From NCBI GenBank assembly GCA_051362555.1, contig CM120644.1, positions 11,554,567 through 11,618,566 on the forward strand: DNA of 64,000 nucleotides. Direction: 5' to 3'. Below, in pieces: positions 37,901 through 51,014 of the stretch. A model generated the notes under the pieces. The model was given only the letters and a program-made list of their open reading frames with translations, had not been told where the DNA came from and made no database searches. The position numbers were made by a program, and so were the translations under genes. This DNA is from Lingula anatina. Lineage: Eukaryota; Animalia; Brachiopoda. How positions within the stretch are numbered: the first letter of the stretch is position 1; the number at the start of each line of letters is the position of its first letter.

Positions 37901-40900
37901 AAACATGCTACTGACAGTACAGTAAAGTGTGGATTTTTTGGCTTAAATTTGTAAATTGAATGTCTAGGTAAAACATAGAGACCCCTCTTCATTACACCTA
38001 TTTTCTGCAGTCATTTGATTCAGATTACCATAGACAGCTGAAGAAAGACGGGCATGTCTTCTTTACACACGCATGCATGCATGCACACACGCACGCACGC
38101 ATGCATGCACGTACGCACACACACACACACACTGAAATAGCTATACTTAAGACCTGAGTGAATCAAGTGATACAGTCTGTTCACTTTGAAATGTCCAAAT
38201 GAATAATTATGCTTTGTGGATTTTAACTTTTTTTCACAACTTTACAAGTCTGCTTATTATCCTTTGGGTAAATTGGCTATGTCTACGGTTCCCAGTTAGG
38301 CGACTCTCTTATGTTATAGCCAGGTTATAAAGTTGTTAATTTCTCTAAGTGTATCAGTACAGACTGTTAGCCATAGTATACCACTTGGTGTAAAAAGGGC
38401 CTTACCAAGACAATCTTCACTGAGAGAGGCAGACTTATCTTCAGTGTTAACACAACCTTATGTACTATTTATGTGACTGTATACTCATTGCAGAGCTGTA
38501 TTGGCATTGGGGAGAAGGGGCAAACTGCCCTCTTGGCTGTTAAAGTGAAAGGTCTGCTCAGTATCTAATTTTGAATTCCGTTCTTTGCCAACATTAGGTT
38601 TCATGGTAAAAAGATCTTTTTCTCTGCTTTCCAGCCCTCCCCCCCCCCCCCCCCCCACACACACACACAAATTGAAATTGTTGGCTATAAGAGTGTAGAG
38701 CAATACCGTACCAGCTTACAAATAATGATATCAAAGCTAATTAATATGCTATAAATGCTGTTGTCCAAATGTTAATCATTTTGCAGTAAAATGTCACAGA
38801 AACATGTAGTGCAGCAAGATCAAAGTTGCTGAGGGGTGCATAACTGTTAAAGGTACAGGTGCTTCCATATATCATAATGTTTAATGTGTATATCATTTGC
38901 AGAAAATTCACCCTGTGCATTATAGTAAAATGAGACTAAGTCTTACTAGTTAGTGACACCTCGCTCGATGATATTCCTCTGTTAATACACTTAATTGAAG
39001 CAAAATTCCAAACTTTTCACATACAGTTATGAGACATGCCTACTTACCTTTGCAGGTTCTTTAAAGTTGATTTACATAAGAATACACAAACTCAGCAACA
39101 ACTTAACATTAGTACGTACATTAAAAAAAGTAATCCAGCTAGGGCAAACCAACTTAAAATTGCAGACATTCAACCAGGAAAAAAATATCCACGAAGTTGT
39201 ACTTACCTGTAGTGGTTTAAGATGGAGCTGGTTCCACGTGTGCAGTGCCCTCCTCCTTGTACTACACTGGTGTCACAGTGCCTCCACTGTGTCTGTGTGT
39301 ATGTGTGATGTGGAGGGGGGAGGGGCATCAGACATCCCAGCATGCATTGCTTTGCATGTCACACACTTTGTTAATGAATAAAGATTTGATGGGGGGAGAT
39401 AATATGTTAAACTGTTTTTGTCAACTTGAACAATAACTGTGTGATATGTTATGTAAATTGGAGTGAGGCTACAAAGATTTGCTTCATGTAGGATCGAATA
39501 CAAATCGGTTGCTTTTACTTGTTAACACCCCCCTCCTATATGCCTTTAATTTAATGTAGACTACAATACAGCATTATCTCTTCTCCTGCGTGGTTTCTTA
39601 ATGCAAAATGGAATTTTATTTTTAGCAGGGGGAACTTCTTATTCCAGTACACACATTCAGGGCCTAAATCATAGTTACCTGGCCAATTCTGCTGTTTGTC
39701 ATAATGGATACAGAAAAGTGTTGAGGTGGAGATATATTAAGTATGAGTTCATGACTGTTGGTCACACTATTTGACCAGTCCAGGAGAGAGAAAAAAAAAA
39801 AGAAATCCTGCTGATAATAATTAGGTTTGCCTTATTGATATAAAAACATGGCGTGACTCGGATTACTCACTGTTTTCAAAGATTTCTCATAGTATTGCAC
39901 TGCGAAAAGTGATGAGTACTTTAGATATATTGAAACTTAAATATGCAGAAAAAAAGAAATGTAAAACATTTGCATTTCTTTTTTTTTTCTGCATAAGAAA
40001 TCCCACATGCTACAGTTATGATATAAGTCTGCTGAGAATATCTTGAAACTTGAATATGATAAAAAATAATGTTTAAGTTTTGCATTCCTTTTACCCTAAG
40101 ATTAGACAATATAAATTACCTTGAAATTATTGTAGTTATTACCATAGCATTGTTTCTAAGTGCCATCCTGAAAAAAAAAACATTTTTAACCCTTGGTGGA
40201 TCATCCAATATAAATAGCAACTCTCATGTAAATACACTCCTAAAACCCTGCAGTCTTTTCAAAGGACCTAGATATGTATAATGACAGTCAGTTGATGGGT
40301 AATCCATGTGCAGGGGCCCTGTGGGGTTGCCATTAAGATGGAGTGTTTTACCTGGTCCATTAAACCTGTTTTAAGGGGCTCTTTATCTCTTAATGGTTTT
40401 TGGTACGTGGTGACATACTTTTCTTTACCACAGACGCTTTAGATTATAGTCTTTTTATCTGTCTGACTTCTATCTTCATATTATATCAGTCTTCTTATAC
40501 CCCCACACAATGGACCAATTAATATGATTGATAATATCTACATAATTAATCTGCATATAATGATCGCCTTAGACAATTACAGGAACACTTTGAATTTGAC
40601 ATTTATGATATAAGAATGTCCCCTCTTTAAGACACAGAAATACAAATATAATTTATTTATTATGTGTGTGAAATTCACCTTAAATTTTGTTTGTGACTTG
40701 TAAATAGAGGTAATTTGTTATAATATACCAAGGGTTCGGTATCCTTCTCTTGTTAAAAGTCCCTGAATTTTACTTGCCTTGCTTCTGCCTAAAATGGTAA
40801 TTAGCATACAAAGTTATAATTACCATGAAAGACTGTAATTCATCTTTGCTACTTATAACCACTCTTTAAATCCATTAAACACATGCACAGTTCTTTATCT

Positions 40901-41900
40901 TTGTAATTATAATTATAATGCTTCAAGAGTGGGCACATTTATCTAAAACGCTAATAACTATTACTTCAAGTGTGTCTTAAGTGTGTATGGCATTATGATA
41001 TGATCTGGTCTTAAAATGAATGTTAGATATGTAGCCCTCCTTGAGCTATACAACAGTGATGTATTATTGTTGTTCTGGTGAAACTTTTGCTGTTTTATGT
41101 TGTGTCAACTTGCACTTTCTTTTTTTTCACACCAAAAGAAAATATTTGTCTATTTTTTAAAAATATCTAAATGAAGACTCAAATATTGGAGAGTATTAAA
41201 GGATTTATTTCAGAAACATAATGCACTATTTATAAAACCTGTCATTAATGTTAACACTGGCATTTTGCAGGTCATTTGTGGACTTCAGAATAATTTTTCT
41301 CTCTTTTGGCAATGACCAGAGATTTTGTTTGTGAAATGGGTTGGGAGACAGGATCAGGGGGGTCCCTGTATCCATTACTTTAGGGTGGAAGAAAGTGTGG
41401 AATTTAAATATTAAATTATTTTCGAGTAATTTGCAGTATGCAATTGTGCATATTTGTATAGAATAAAATGGGGGTAAAATGTGAAGTTAAAAATGATGCC
41501 AGCATATCTTATTGTGATGAATTGTGTTGTATTGTACAAAAGTATTCATTACATGATAACAGTAACAGGTATAAGCAGCACAGACTAATGAAAAAAATTA
41601 TTAGTAAATAAATAAACTTATCATATATTGATATTTCAGGCGGCTGGTCTAACAGTTGTTGCGGACAAGCTCAACTTCTTTCGCTATATTTCTCATTTCC
41701 GCTGCATCCACAGAGGTGCATTCTTTGCTCAGATGAGAACAACTGCAGTCAGGAAACTGCTACCTGAGGCCTGGGGTAAGTTTGGCATCAAGTTTGGAAA
41801 GAAAGGGATTAATGTTGTGTGTGTGTTGCCTGTAGACATGCAAATTTTTCTCCATCAGCAGTATGTGAAAATAAGATTTGTTTGAATAAATGATGAAGGA

Positions 41901-41944
<44 letters not shown>

Positions 41945-44900
41945 GAAGCAGCTTCTGTAAGGGTACTTATTTTTGAAAGTGAAATGGAGATCATTTTGCC
42001 TTAGAGTGGCATTATTGAGGACATGGGAGTTTCTGGCTGTGAGAGTGTTTCCTTCTAAGAAAGAAAGGGGGAGAAGAGGGGGGAAGAACCATACTGACAC
42101 ATTTTAAGTTCTATTCACTGAGCCTGTCTGTATAACTCTCTTGTTCAAGGTTTCTTGTGCCCAGTTCACACACCAGATGGAGCTCCGTGCGGTCTGATGA
42201 ATCACATGACTGCCACATGCCAGGTCAGTGCCACCTTGGTTACATGTCAGAATATTTTATAGTAAACGAGCAATCACAGATGGAGAAAAATTAAAATTAT
42301 TTTTTTTTGTGTTGCCTTTTTTGTGTTACCTGATAATATTATGCTCTTAAAATTGCAGTTTTACATAAAACCATAAAATATTAAAATTTATGTATTTTGA
42401 TATAACACTGACCAGGTTATCTTTGCTACATTTCCAACTGAAGTTCTCCAATTTCTAAATTCAGTGTTTTTTTTCTGTAAACTCAATCAGGTTGTTACCA
42501 AAGTGTTCTCTACTGTTGGACTTCCAAAACTGCTATGTTCCCTGGGCATGACCCCCATTGATGGCCCCGCCCCTGGCAACATGGCAGACTGTTACCGAGT
42601 GATGCTAGATGGCCGTATCCTTGGCTGGATACATGCTAATGCTGCACAGGATGTGGCCGTGAAACTCAGGATGATGAAAGTGAAGGGAATTAACAAGGTG
42701 AGGGTATTGTGTTCTACAATGAACGCACAGGCAGGCCCATTGAAAGAACCACCCTTTGACCTAAGAAGGTTAATTGCTCTGAATCAAAATTTCAATGCTA
42801 TCTTCTTAAGGACAGGGTAAGAAAAAAAGTCCATGTTTTTAAAAGGGGAACCCCTCACCCACCCCTCCTGCTGAAATTAATGGTTGCATGCAGGTCTGAC
42901 GGGATGATTTTTTATGGGACATTTCTGTAGTAGAAACAAGGAATGAATAAATAGACAGTAGTAAATTTAACAAGATTTAAGTTCATGGAGGGAAAAGTAA
43001 AAAAAAAATGTGTGTGAAAAATTATTATACACTTACTGGTGGACAATAATTTGGTTGACCATTAGTAATTTTATGACATCGAGCAAAGCAAGATTTTTTG
43101 TTGGAAAACTGTTGATTCTTTAAAAGTTATTAGGTCTTGTTTAAAAGGTATACTTTCTTTAATGGTTGGACCATATTTGCTTCATATAAAATTTTCCTGA
43201 TCTATCTGATCTGATTTTTCTTTGACACATGTAGAACATAACAATCATTTTAATCTGCAGGTCCCTCCTGTCCTAGAAATCTGCCTGGTTCCCAAGACCC
43301 CTCACGCCAGCCAGTACCCTGGCCTCTATTTATTCTCCACCCCTGCCAGGATGGTGCGCCCTGTGAAGAACCTGGCCCTGGACGCTATAGAGCTGATAGG
43401 AACCTTTGAACAGGTTTACCTCAATATTTGTATTGTTGCGGAGGAGGCACATGAAGGGGTGAGTGTTTCCTGGGATACATCAATGGGCCAGTGTCACCAA
43501 TGAGCCTCGGTCATATTTGACCCAAGTTGCATGTTCAGAAGGGATCAGTTTATTTTTGAAATGTACAGAATGTATAAATTATTAACAGGATCAGTTAGCA
43601 GGAAGACAAAAATTATTGAGATGATATGATAAATTAGATGCTCAAACTTAAGTTGTGAGTGTGTGTCATTAAAATGATAATTTAAAAGGCAGTTGGTGAT
43701 GCATTCTATCTCATTTGAGCAAAGACGATTATTTTAGGAAGCTTTGTAAAACATTGTCTGCTTTTGGTTTTTAAGGCACAAAAAGAAATTGAAGACAGTA
43801 AATAAATAATTTATATATAAAAGAATCTAAAAATGAAAATAAAATTGTACCATGACTAGACATATAACCCCATGTTATCTGTTCAGTTGACGACCCACCA
43901 GGAATTGTCAGAGTGTAGTTTCCTGAGCGTGATTGCCAGCCTTACACCATACTCAGACTGTAACCAGAGTCCCAGGAACATCTACCAGTGTCAGGTGATC
44001 CCTTGTTTCAGTTCGGTGACACTCACATTATATGCAATAGAAAACGGAAAAAATTACATGCAGTAACATGCTTACAAACATACTTATAGACATATAAAGT
44101 TTTCAGTAAGTATGCAGAATTTAACACCAGACTATGCGAGAAAACCATATACCTTACAATGTACTCCTGAATCACAAAAAGATTTGTCATACAATGTACT
44201 AAAACTATACAATGAAGGTTAATTACTAAACAGGTCCCCAACACTACTTCATTTCCTTATCAGCAAGGGTTCATGTTAAAAAATCTTGCTCCTAACTAAT
44301 AAATTGGCATGAAAGGATCACCTTCAGCAAAGTAGAATAAAATGCTTGTTTGTTTCTTTAATTTTGTTACAGATGGGTAAACAGACCATGGCAACACCAT
44401 GCCACGCCCTTCAGCATCGGTCAGATAACAAACTATACCGTCTGCAGACTGTCCAAAGTCCTATTGTTCGTAATAAGATGTATGACTATTATGGGATGGA
44501 TAACTATCCAATGGGGACCAATGCAATTGTTGCTGTGATATCATATACAGTGAGTGTTTGTTCATTGTAAGGGTAGATTTTTGCTTGCTATGCACAGTAT
44601 ATATTAAGGATTAGGTTCAAGTATAAACATTGGTGTCCATTTCTGTGTGATAGCTTTTCTAAAAGCAAGTATCGGGTTAAGTATATGTATGTGGAATTTT
44701 GATGCTCCAACAGGACTCTAGGCAAAATCTAAATAACATGCCACATGCTTTATTTCTTGAAATTTTATGAAATATAATTTGTTTTTAAATACAATGCCTG
44801 CAGGGTATTTCTTGCTCCATGTAACTGAATGCTTAAAGTATCAACCTGAAACTAAAAAGCATGTGGTTGATGTATTCATATTATATTTTCAGGGTTATGA

Positions 44901-47900
44901 CATGGAAGACGCTATGATCTTAAACAAGTCTTCCTTTGAGCGAGGCTTTGCCCATGGAAATGTCTACAAACATGAGGTAAGTGATAGAGTCAGTTTATAA
45001 TATAGCCGTATTCAGGTGAGAGCTGCCTCCCTTCCCCCAGCCCCCTCCTGTGCCCCTTAAAAAGGTGGTGGATGTAACACCCACCCCCCTCCCATCTTCA
45101 TCCATTATCTGTCTGAGGGCAAAAGGAAAATAGATGCACTTAAAATGGAGAAACCTGTTTTACATACTCAAATATGCAAAATACCCTTAATGTCAACCTT
45201 TCTTAAAATGGGTAGTTTTTTTTTTTTTTTCTTTTTTTAAGAAGAGGGCAGCTTTACTTGATATCTTTGGTCTGCCTTTGCCATTGTGCATGTGTGTGTT
45301 TACTTGAATGTATATTTTGTGGGTCCATGTGATTTATGAGTAACAAATGGCAAAATAAAAAAAAAAAAACAGCTGATTCAGAAGATGAAACTCCTTTCTT
45401 TGTAGTTTACAGTTCTTCGAGTTTATATCTTTCTTCTACTTTTTTGTAGTTTGTGGATTTGCGAAAAATCAGCCGAGAAAAGAGCAGGATTTCTCTTATG
45501 TTTGGTAAGTAAGATTTCCTTACCTTATATATGTGATGTTCTTAATTGCCTTTTATTAATTATTCTTGATTCAATTCTAATATTAAGTTCTTCATTTAGT
45601 ATTTTCATGTGCTGACAATGTTAAAAACAGAAATTTACATCCAACGTAGGGTTGGTTTGTTTTGTGAAAGTCTTGGCAATACCAGCTTGGTCGTAAAGTT
45701 AAGGCTAACTATTGAGATTTAGTTTCCTGACACTGGGTGCATGTCCTATGTTCAATGTGTTGCCAGGCTGTAAGCCAGGGGATAAGAGAGTGGAGGGGAA
45801 ACTGGACCCTGATGGTCTTCCTCCTGTTGGTAAACTACTCACAGCTGGAGAACCATACTACTGGTAAGTTAATAATAAACTGTAATAAACTATAATTGTA
45901 CCAGCAGTGTAGGCGCTTGTGGTACACATGGTTTTGGTCTCAACCCGCATGTTCCGCCGGCTCCTCTGGCTCCGCCGCCATGTCACCATTACTGCTTCAC
46001 CTCCTAGACTACAAGGACCTGCATACCCATCTCTTGGATTTAGGTCACCTATAATCTCAACTCGTTCCACGTAAAATTTGGGCTTCATCGGTGCTGGGGT
46101 CTAGGTGTGGCGCTCATTGCAATGCACCCTTGTCCAAAATTGGCAAAATTAAATGCTAATTATCTACCATACCAAAGGAATTATTGGAAAAATTTCTACA
46201 GACGGCTGACCGAAAGTCATATGTTGAGATTTCAAATATGCCCTTGGATTTGACCTTTGACCTTTGTTTCAAGGTCAAATGGGCCAATGTTTTCAAAAAA
46301 ATGAAGCTTTTTACGAAAAAAAAAAATTATTTGCGCTGATATTCAGAAACTACATAGACCTAACCTATAATATTATTGGCAGGTGTTACCCTTCAGGTCA
46401 TCTTTCATCTTTGTGACTTTGGGGTCAATCGGTATATTTTCACAGGTGCTCATAAATTTGACCCGTCCAATTTTCAATTCAACCTGTCCACAAAACCAGT
46501 AGTTTTTTTCTATTCTTACCTTTGAACTTTGTCAATTAATATGTGTAGTCATACATTCAAATTAATGTATTTATTACCAAAACATTCAATCATATGAGCC
46601 CCGAAAATGCACCTTAAAAATGATGGTAAACCTGATATTGCGTATTGTGTAATTAATTGTCAAAAATGGGAAAAAACTCATATCATTGCATTTTGTCAGA
46701 TTCAATTTTTCACTTTATGTTTAGTGTGCTCAGCTATTAAGTCACTTGCCTTATTAAGTTTCAAGTGGCCTTTAAATGAGATTACATAAAACACACATGT
46801 TGAGGTTTCCCTGTAAACTCCCATAGGCTAAGCTTTCTACTAGATACAATTTGTAAAAGTCCAAATTAACAGTGTCACATAATTAGGAAACGGTGATAAT
46901 TATGCAGGTAAATGTGTAATATTGCAAATAAATGTACAAAAGAAAAAATATTTTGTGCAATGCCAGCATTAATGCTATATATATGAATAACAGTGCCTTA
47001 ATTATTATCCTCAAACTCAGTGGGGTTATTCATATGTTAAAACGGCTAGATTAAAAGTTTGAATGGCAGCTGATTGGAATATTTTTTGTAATGTTTTCTT
47101 TTTAATTTTTTTTTCAAACACTGGTTTACGGTAATAGTATTTTATGCACTGTCATCATTTTTCACATATTGGGATTTTCATTATGTGAATTTGAACTGTC
47201 ATGGTTCTGAAACTGTAATTTTATTGACCATGTTACCTGCTGTGCATGATTAAAATTTAAAGTTTATTGACTGTGCTGTTATAAGCATTATTTATTATTG
47301 CATCAAAATTGACAAAATGGCCTTTTTGCTTTTTGTCTGTACATTTGACAGCTTTGCTGCCTTGTTTTTAAAATTATTTTTGCATTTTCTGCCAAATTAT
47401 GGCCATTTTGGCAAAATCCCCATAAAACGCAATGTAATAAATGAGACACTTCCTCTCGAAAACGAGCTGGAATGTCCCCAGTTTTTTCTATATTTTATTT
47501 ATATGGTGAGAAGAATTTGTCTTACAATTTTCAACAAAATCGCTAGGGCAGAAATGGTGGTTCTGAAATATGAGAGAGCCTCCTTAAGTGGGTCGACCAT
47601 ATTTGATCCGTGGGTGTGTTAGTCTGCGGACCAAGTAATTGTGAGTGCAGCCATACACTAATAATTAATTCATTTTCGAAATAAAAAAAGAATTCACTTC
47701 AAGTGTAAACTCTAAAATACAGGCCAAAACAGTTTAATATCTTGTATTTTGTACAATTTCTCACAAAATTTGCATAAAATTTGAATCTTCTCGGAATTAT
47801 TTTATTTTTTTATTTCTGAATAAAATGTTAAGGTTCAGGTATCCTTATCCCTCCAAAGGCCAGCATAAAATCACTTCTCATTCCAAAGCTGCTGCAATAA

Positions 47901-50900
47901 CTTAAAGATATGACACTTGAGTTATGCAACCTTCTTTGGCGGAAATGATCCCCAGAGGTATCTCCCTGAGGACTGCTTTGCATCTGCAAAATAACCCAAA
48001 CCGTTTTTTACGTATTCCTTCTCATCCAAGTAGCCATCATCATCGATGTCAAAGATGTTGAAGGATTTTGGAGCTGTCTCTGGGTCCACACCGAAACTTT
48101 GCAGAAAAGCAGTGTAGTCTGACAAGTCGATCAGTTGGTTGCCGTGAGAGAGGACCAGTTTAAACACTTCTTGAAACCAGGCCTCACCGTGTTCTGGAAA
48201 GTGAGGCACAGTAAAGTATCTGGAGTGCATTTTTATCACATCCTCCACAGTAAGATTGTCATTCTTTTCTCGGGTGACGAAAAAAAAATCCCAAGTTGAA
48301 TGCCACATGGCTTTAAATACAGATGCTTCATTTCTACTAAAGTATTGATCCATTCTGTTGGAAATTATATCCAGAAATTCATGTTGCGTTAGCACGCCGT
48401 CCAGGTCGTCATCTAGTAAGTTGAAAAAGGAGCGCATCTTGCGGGTCCAGAATTTAGGCAAGTTGTCGATATCAGTCTGTATTAAAGAAAAAAATTAACG
48501 TGTATTAAAGTAATTTTGTATGCAATAACGAAATCGTTAACTGAATACCGAGTGTTTAAAAGGGCCTAATATAGCATTGATTGCTGTAAGGGGTGAACTT
48601 TGGCACCGTATTTCTGCTGTCACTGGACTTGAACCATATCACAGCGAACACAAAAAAGTTTTGGAAGTGTTAACGTGTATATCTTTTTTAACATCACAGT
48701 GGCAGATTTAGAGGGGGTCATGAGGGTCCTGAACCCCACCCCCTTTAATTTCTGGTCCCCTCTTGAAATTAGAATTTTGACTAGCTGAACCATAGTTCTA
48801 AACCATACCAAATGGGACTGTTCACCCTTTAGAAATACCCAAAATTTTCACATCCACAGACCCCCCTTCAAATAATCCTGGATCCGCCCCTGCATTATAA
48901 ACACGTTTTTGATAATGTTTTAAAAAATGTTTGAGATAAAATAACAAATAGAACCATTTACATGATTTTAATATAATGTTATGGCTAAACATGGTGAAGA
49001 AACTACTATGATATACTCCATTAGGTGACATTAATCATATTTTTATCTTAAATACAATTCATATGATATTTACACATACAATTAATTGGTATTCATATAG
49101 AAATATAATTTTTAAAACATCTGAATGATGTGTTAGAAAAATATTGTCTTAAACTTAATAATGATCATTATAATTAGTTATTTTTTAATTTAACTTTTTT
49201 GATGTTTTCAAAATGTTATGTCTTAGCTATTATTACCGATCTTATTCTTGAGTTAAGGAAATGATAGTTAAAGAAGTACTTTCTAAATGTCCCAAGGTCA
49301 TCTTTCTGTTAACATATCTTGAAATGTTACTTCTCTTTTCCAATTTAGACTTTATAAGCCCTCAAATAAAGATAACTGATGCCAATATTTCTAGAATACA
49401 TGGCGACGTATACGACAACCAATTAAAATGTAATCACCTTATTAAATATGAATTGTTATAAAACAATGCGTTCAAGTGCAATGACAGTTTGAGCAGTGGT
49501 TCGCGAGTAAGAGAAATTGTTTTTTAATGAAAATCCGATGTAGCGGGAAAATCCTGAACAGCTTCCTTTACTAAGTGCAAAAATTTGTTGACAGAAAATA
49601 CCAGAAAGATTCATTGCCACATTTTTCACCACAAAGACATAAACTGTGCATTTAAAACGACCTGAACTAGTTTGATCTTGAATATTACCTCATTGACAGG
49701 ATAGTCTCTGTGTTGACTGCCTCCTTTGCCTGCGCTGAAGGTAAAGGACTGGACAGCGCCAGAGATTACTACCATGTACACAACGCACAAAGACAACATC
49801 TTGCTTCACTTCTGGTGGGAATTGATGGACCTTTGAAAACGTGCTACAGACACTATGATCGTTTGCTATGAACACATAGATCTATATATACTGTATACAT
49901 ATTCTTTATTTGGACGTTTATTACAGAGAGGCAATGGGAAAATGATATTCATTTTGAACAAAGTTACTTTGCATTAATTTAGTTTTTAGATGTTATTCCA
50001 AGATCTACCAAGAATATGCGGGGTTTAAAGTTATGTTATTAGGTAAAATACGGCCTTGACATGACAACGCAAACAAACACTTATATTATTACGCAGTTGA
50101 TTTCCTGTAATTAAAATACCATGTTTAAGTTTCTTTGCATTATGTTAGTTCCAAAAACCGACAGGTTTTCTAAGAATTGCAGTAGTCATACTGGTTATTT
50201 CCTATGTGTTAAAGCCATGTTATTCTACTGGTAGGTAAGACATGTTCACCAGGCTTGAACGTAGCAATGTAAAAATTACCGAAGCTAACGTGGGTGATTT
50301 TCTATGATTATAGAAACCTGACAAAAGTAATGGCGTATTTTTAAGAGTCAAAGTTTCCCCTCTATTTAGATAATCCGTCGCTGTTCCAGTAGAAATTACC
50401 CCCCCCCCCCAAACAAACACGCACACACACAAACACACATACACACACACATTTAGACTAAACATTGCAAATTTGTTCCCTTTTATCTCCAAAACTAGCA
50501 GAGATATGTCCATAGTTACTTGGAACTTGAATAGGAAGTCATATACTGGCAATCTATATGTGACCTTTAAATTGACCTTTGACCTCTTTTTCATGATAAA
50601 CTGAACTTTGCAAATTTTCTGATCTTTATATCTCCAAAACTGGCAAAGAAATGCCCATGGTTACTATTGAACTTGAATAGAAATTCATATACTGTGATAT
50701 TGAAATTGAACTTGTACCTTCTTTTTCACCATGAACTGAGCTTTGCATATTTTCTTGCCCCTCATATCTTCAAAACTAGCAGAGATGTGCCCGGTGTAGC
50801 CCCTAGTTTTTCTCTTTTGTCAGCATATATGTATCTTTGTAAACACATTTCAAGGAAAACCAATAGGCTTATTGTCTAGAGAATCACAGGAGTGATCAAT

Positions 50901-50952
50901 GTTAGGAAAATGCAGGTCAAATCGAAAATCTGCATGATTGTACTATTTTTAG

Positions 50953-51014
<62 letters not shown>

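Noticed and set aside
44580-44750. Two-hairpin region in POLR1B intron 21 as an H/ACA snoRNA
   Set aside because: A stem and an ANANNA are present, but no ACA is correctly placed after the second hairpin, so the evidence is insufficient.
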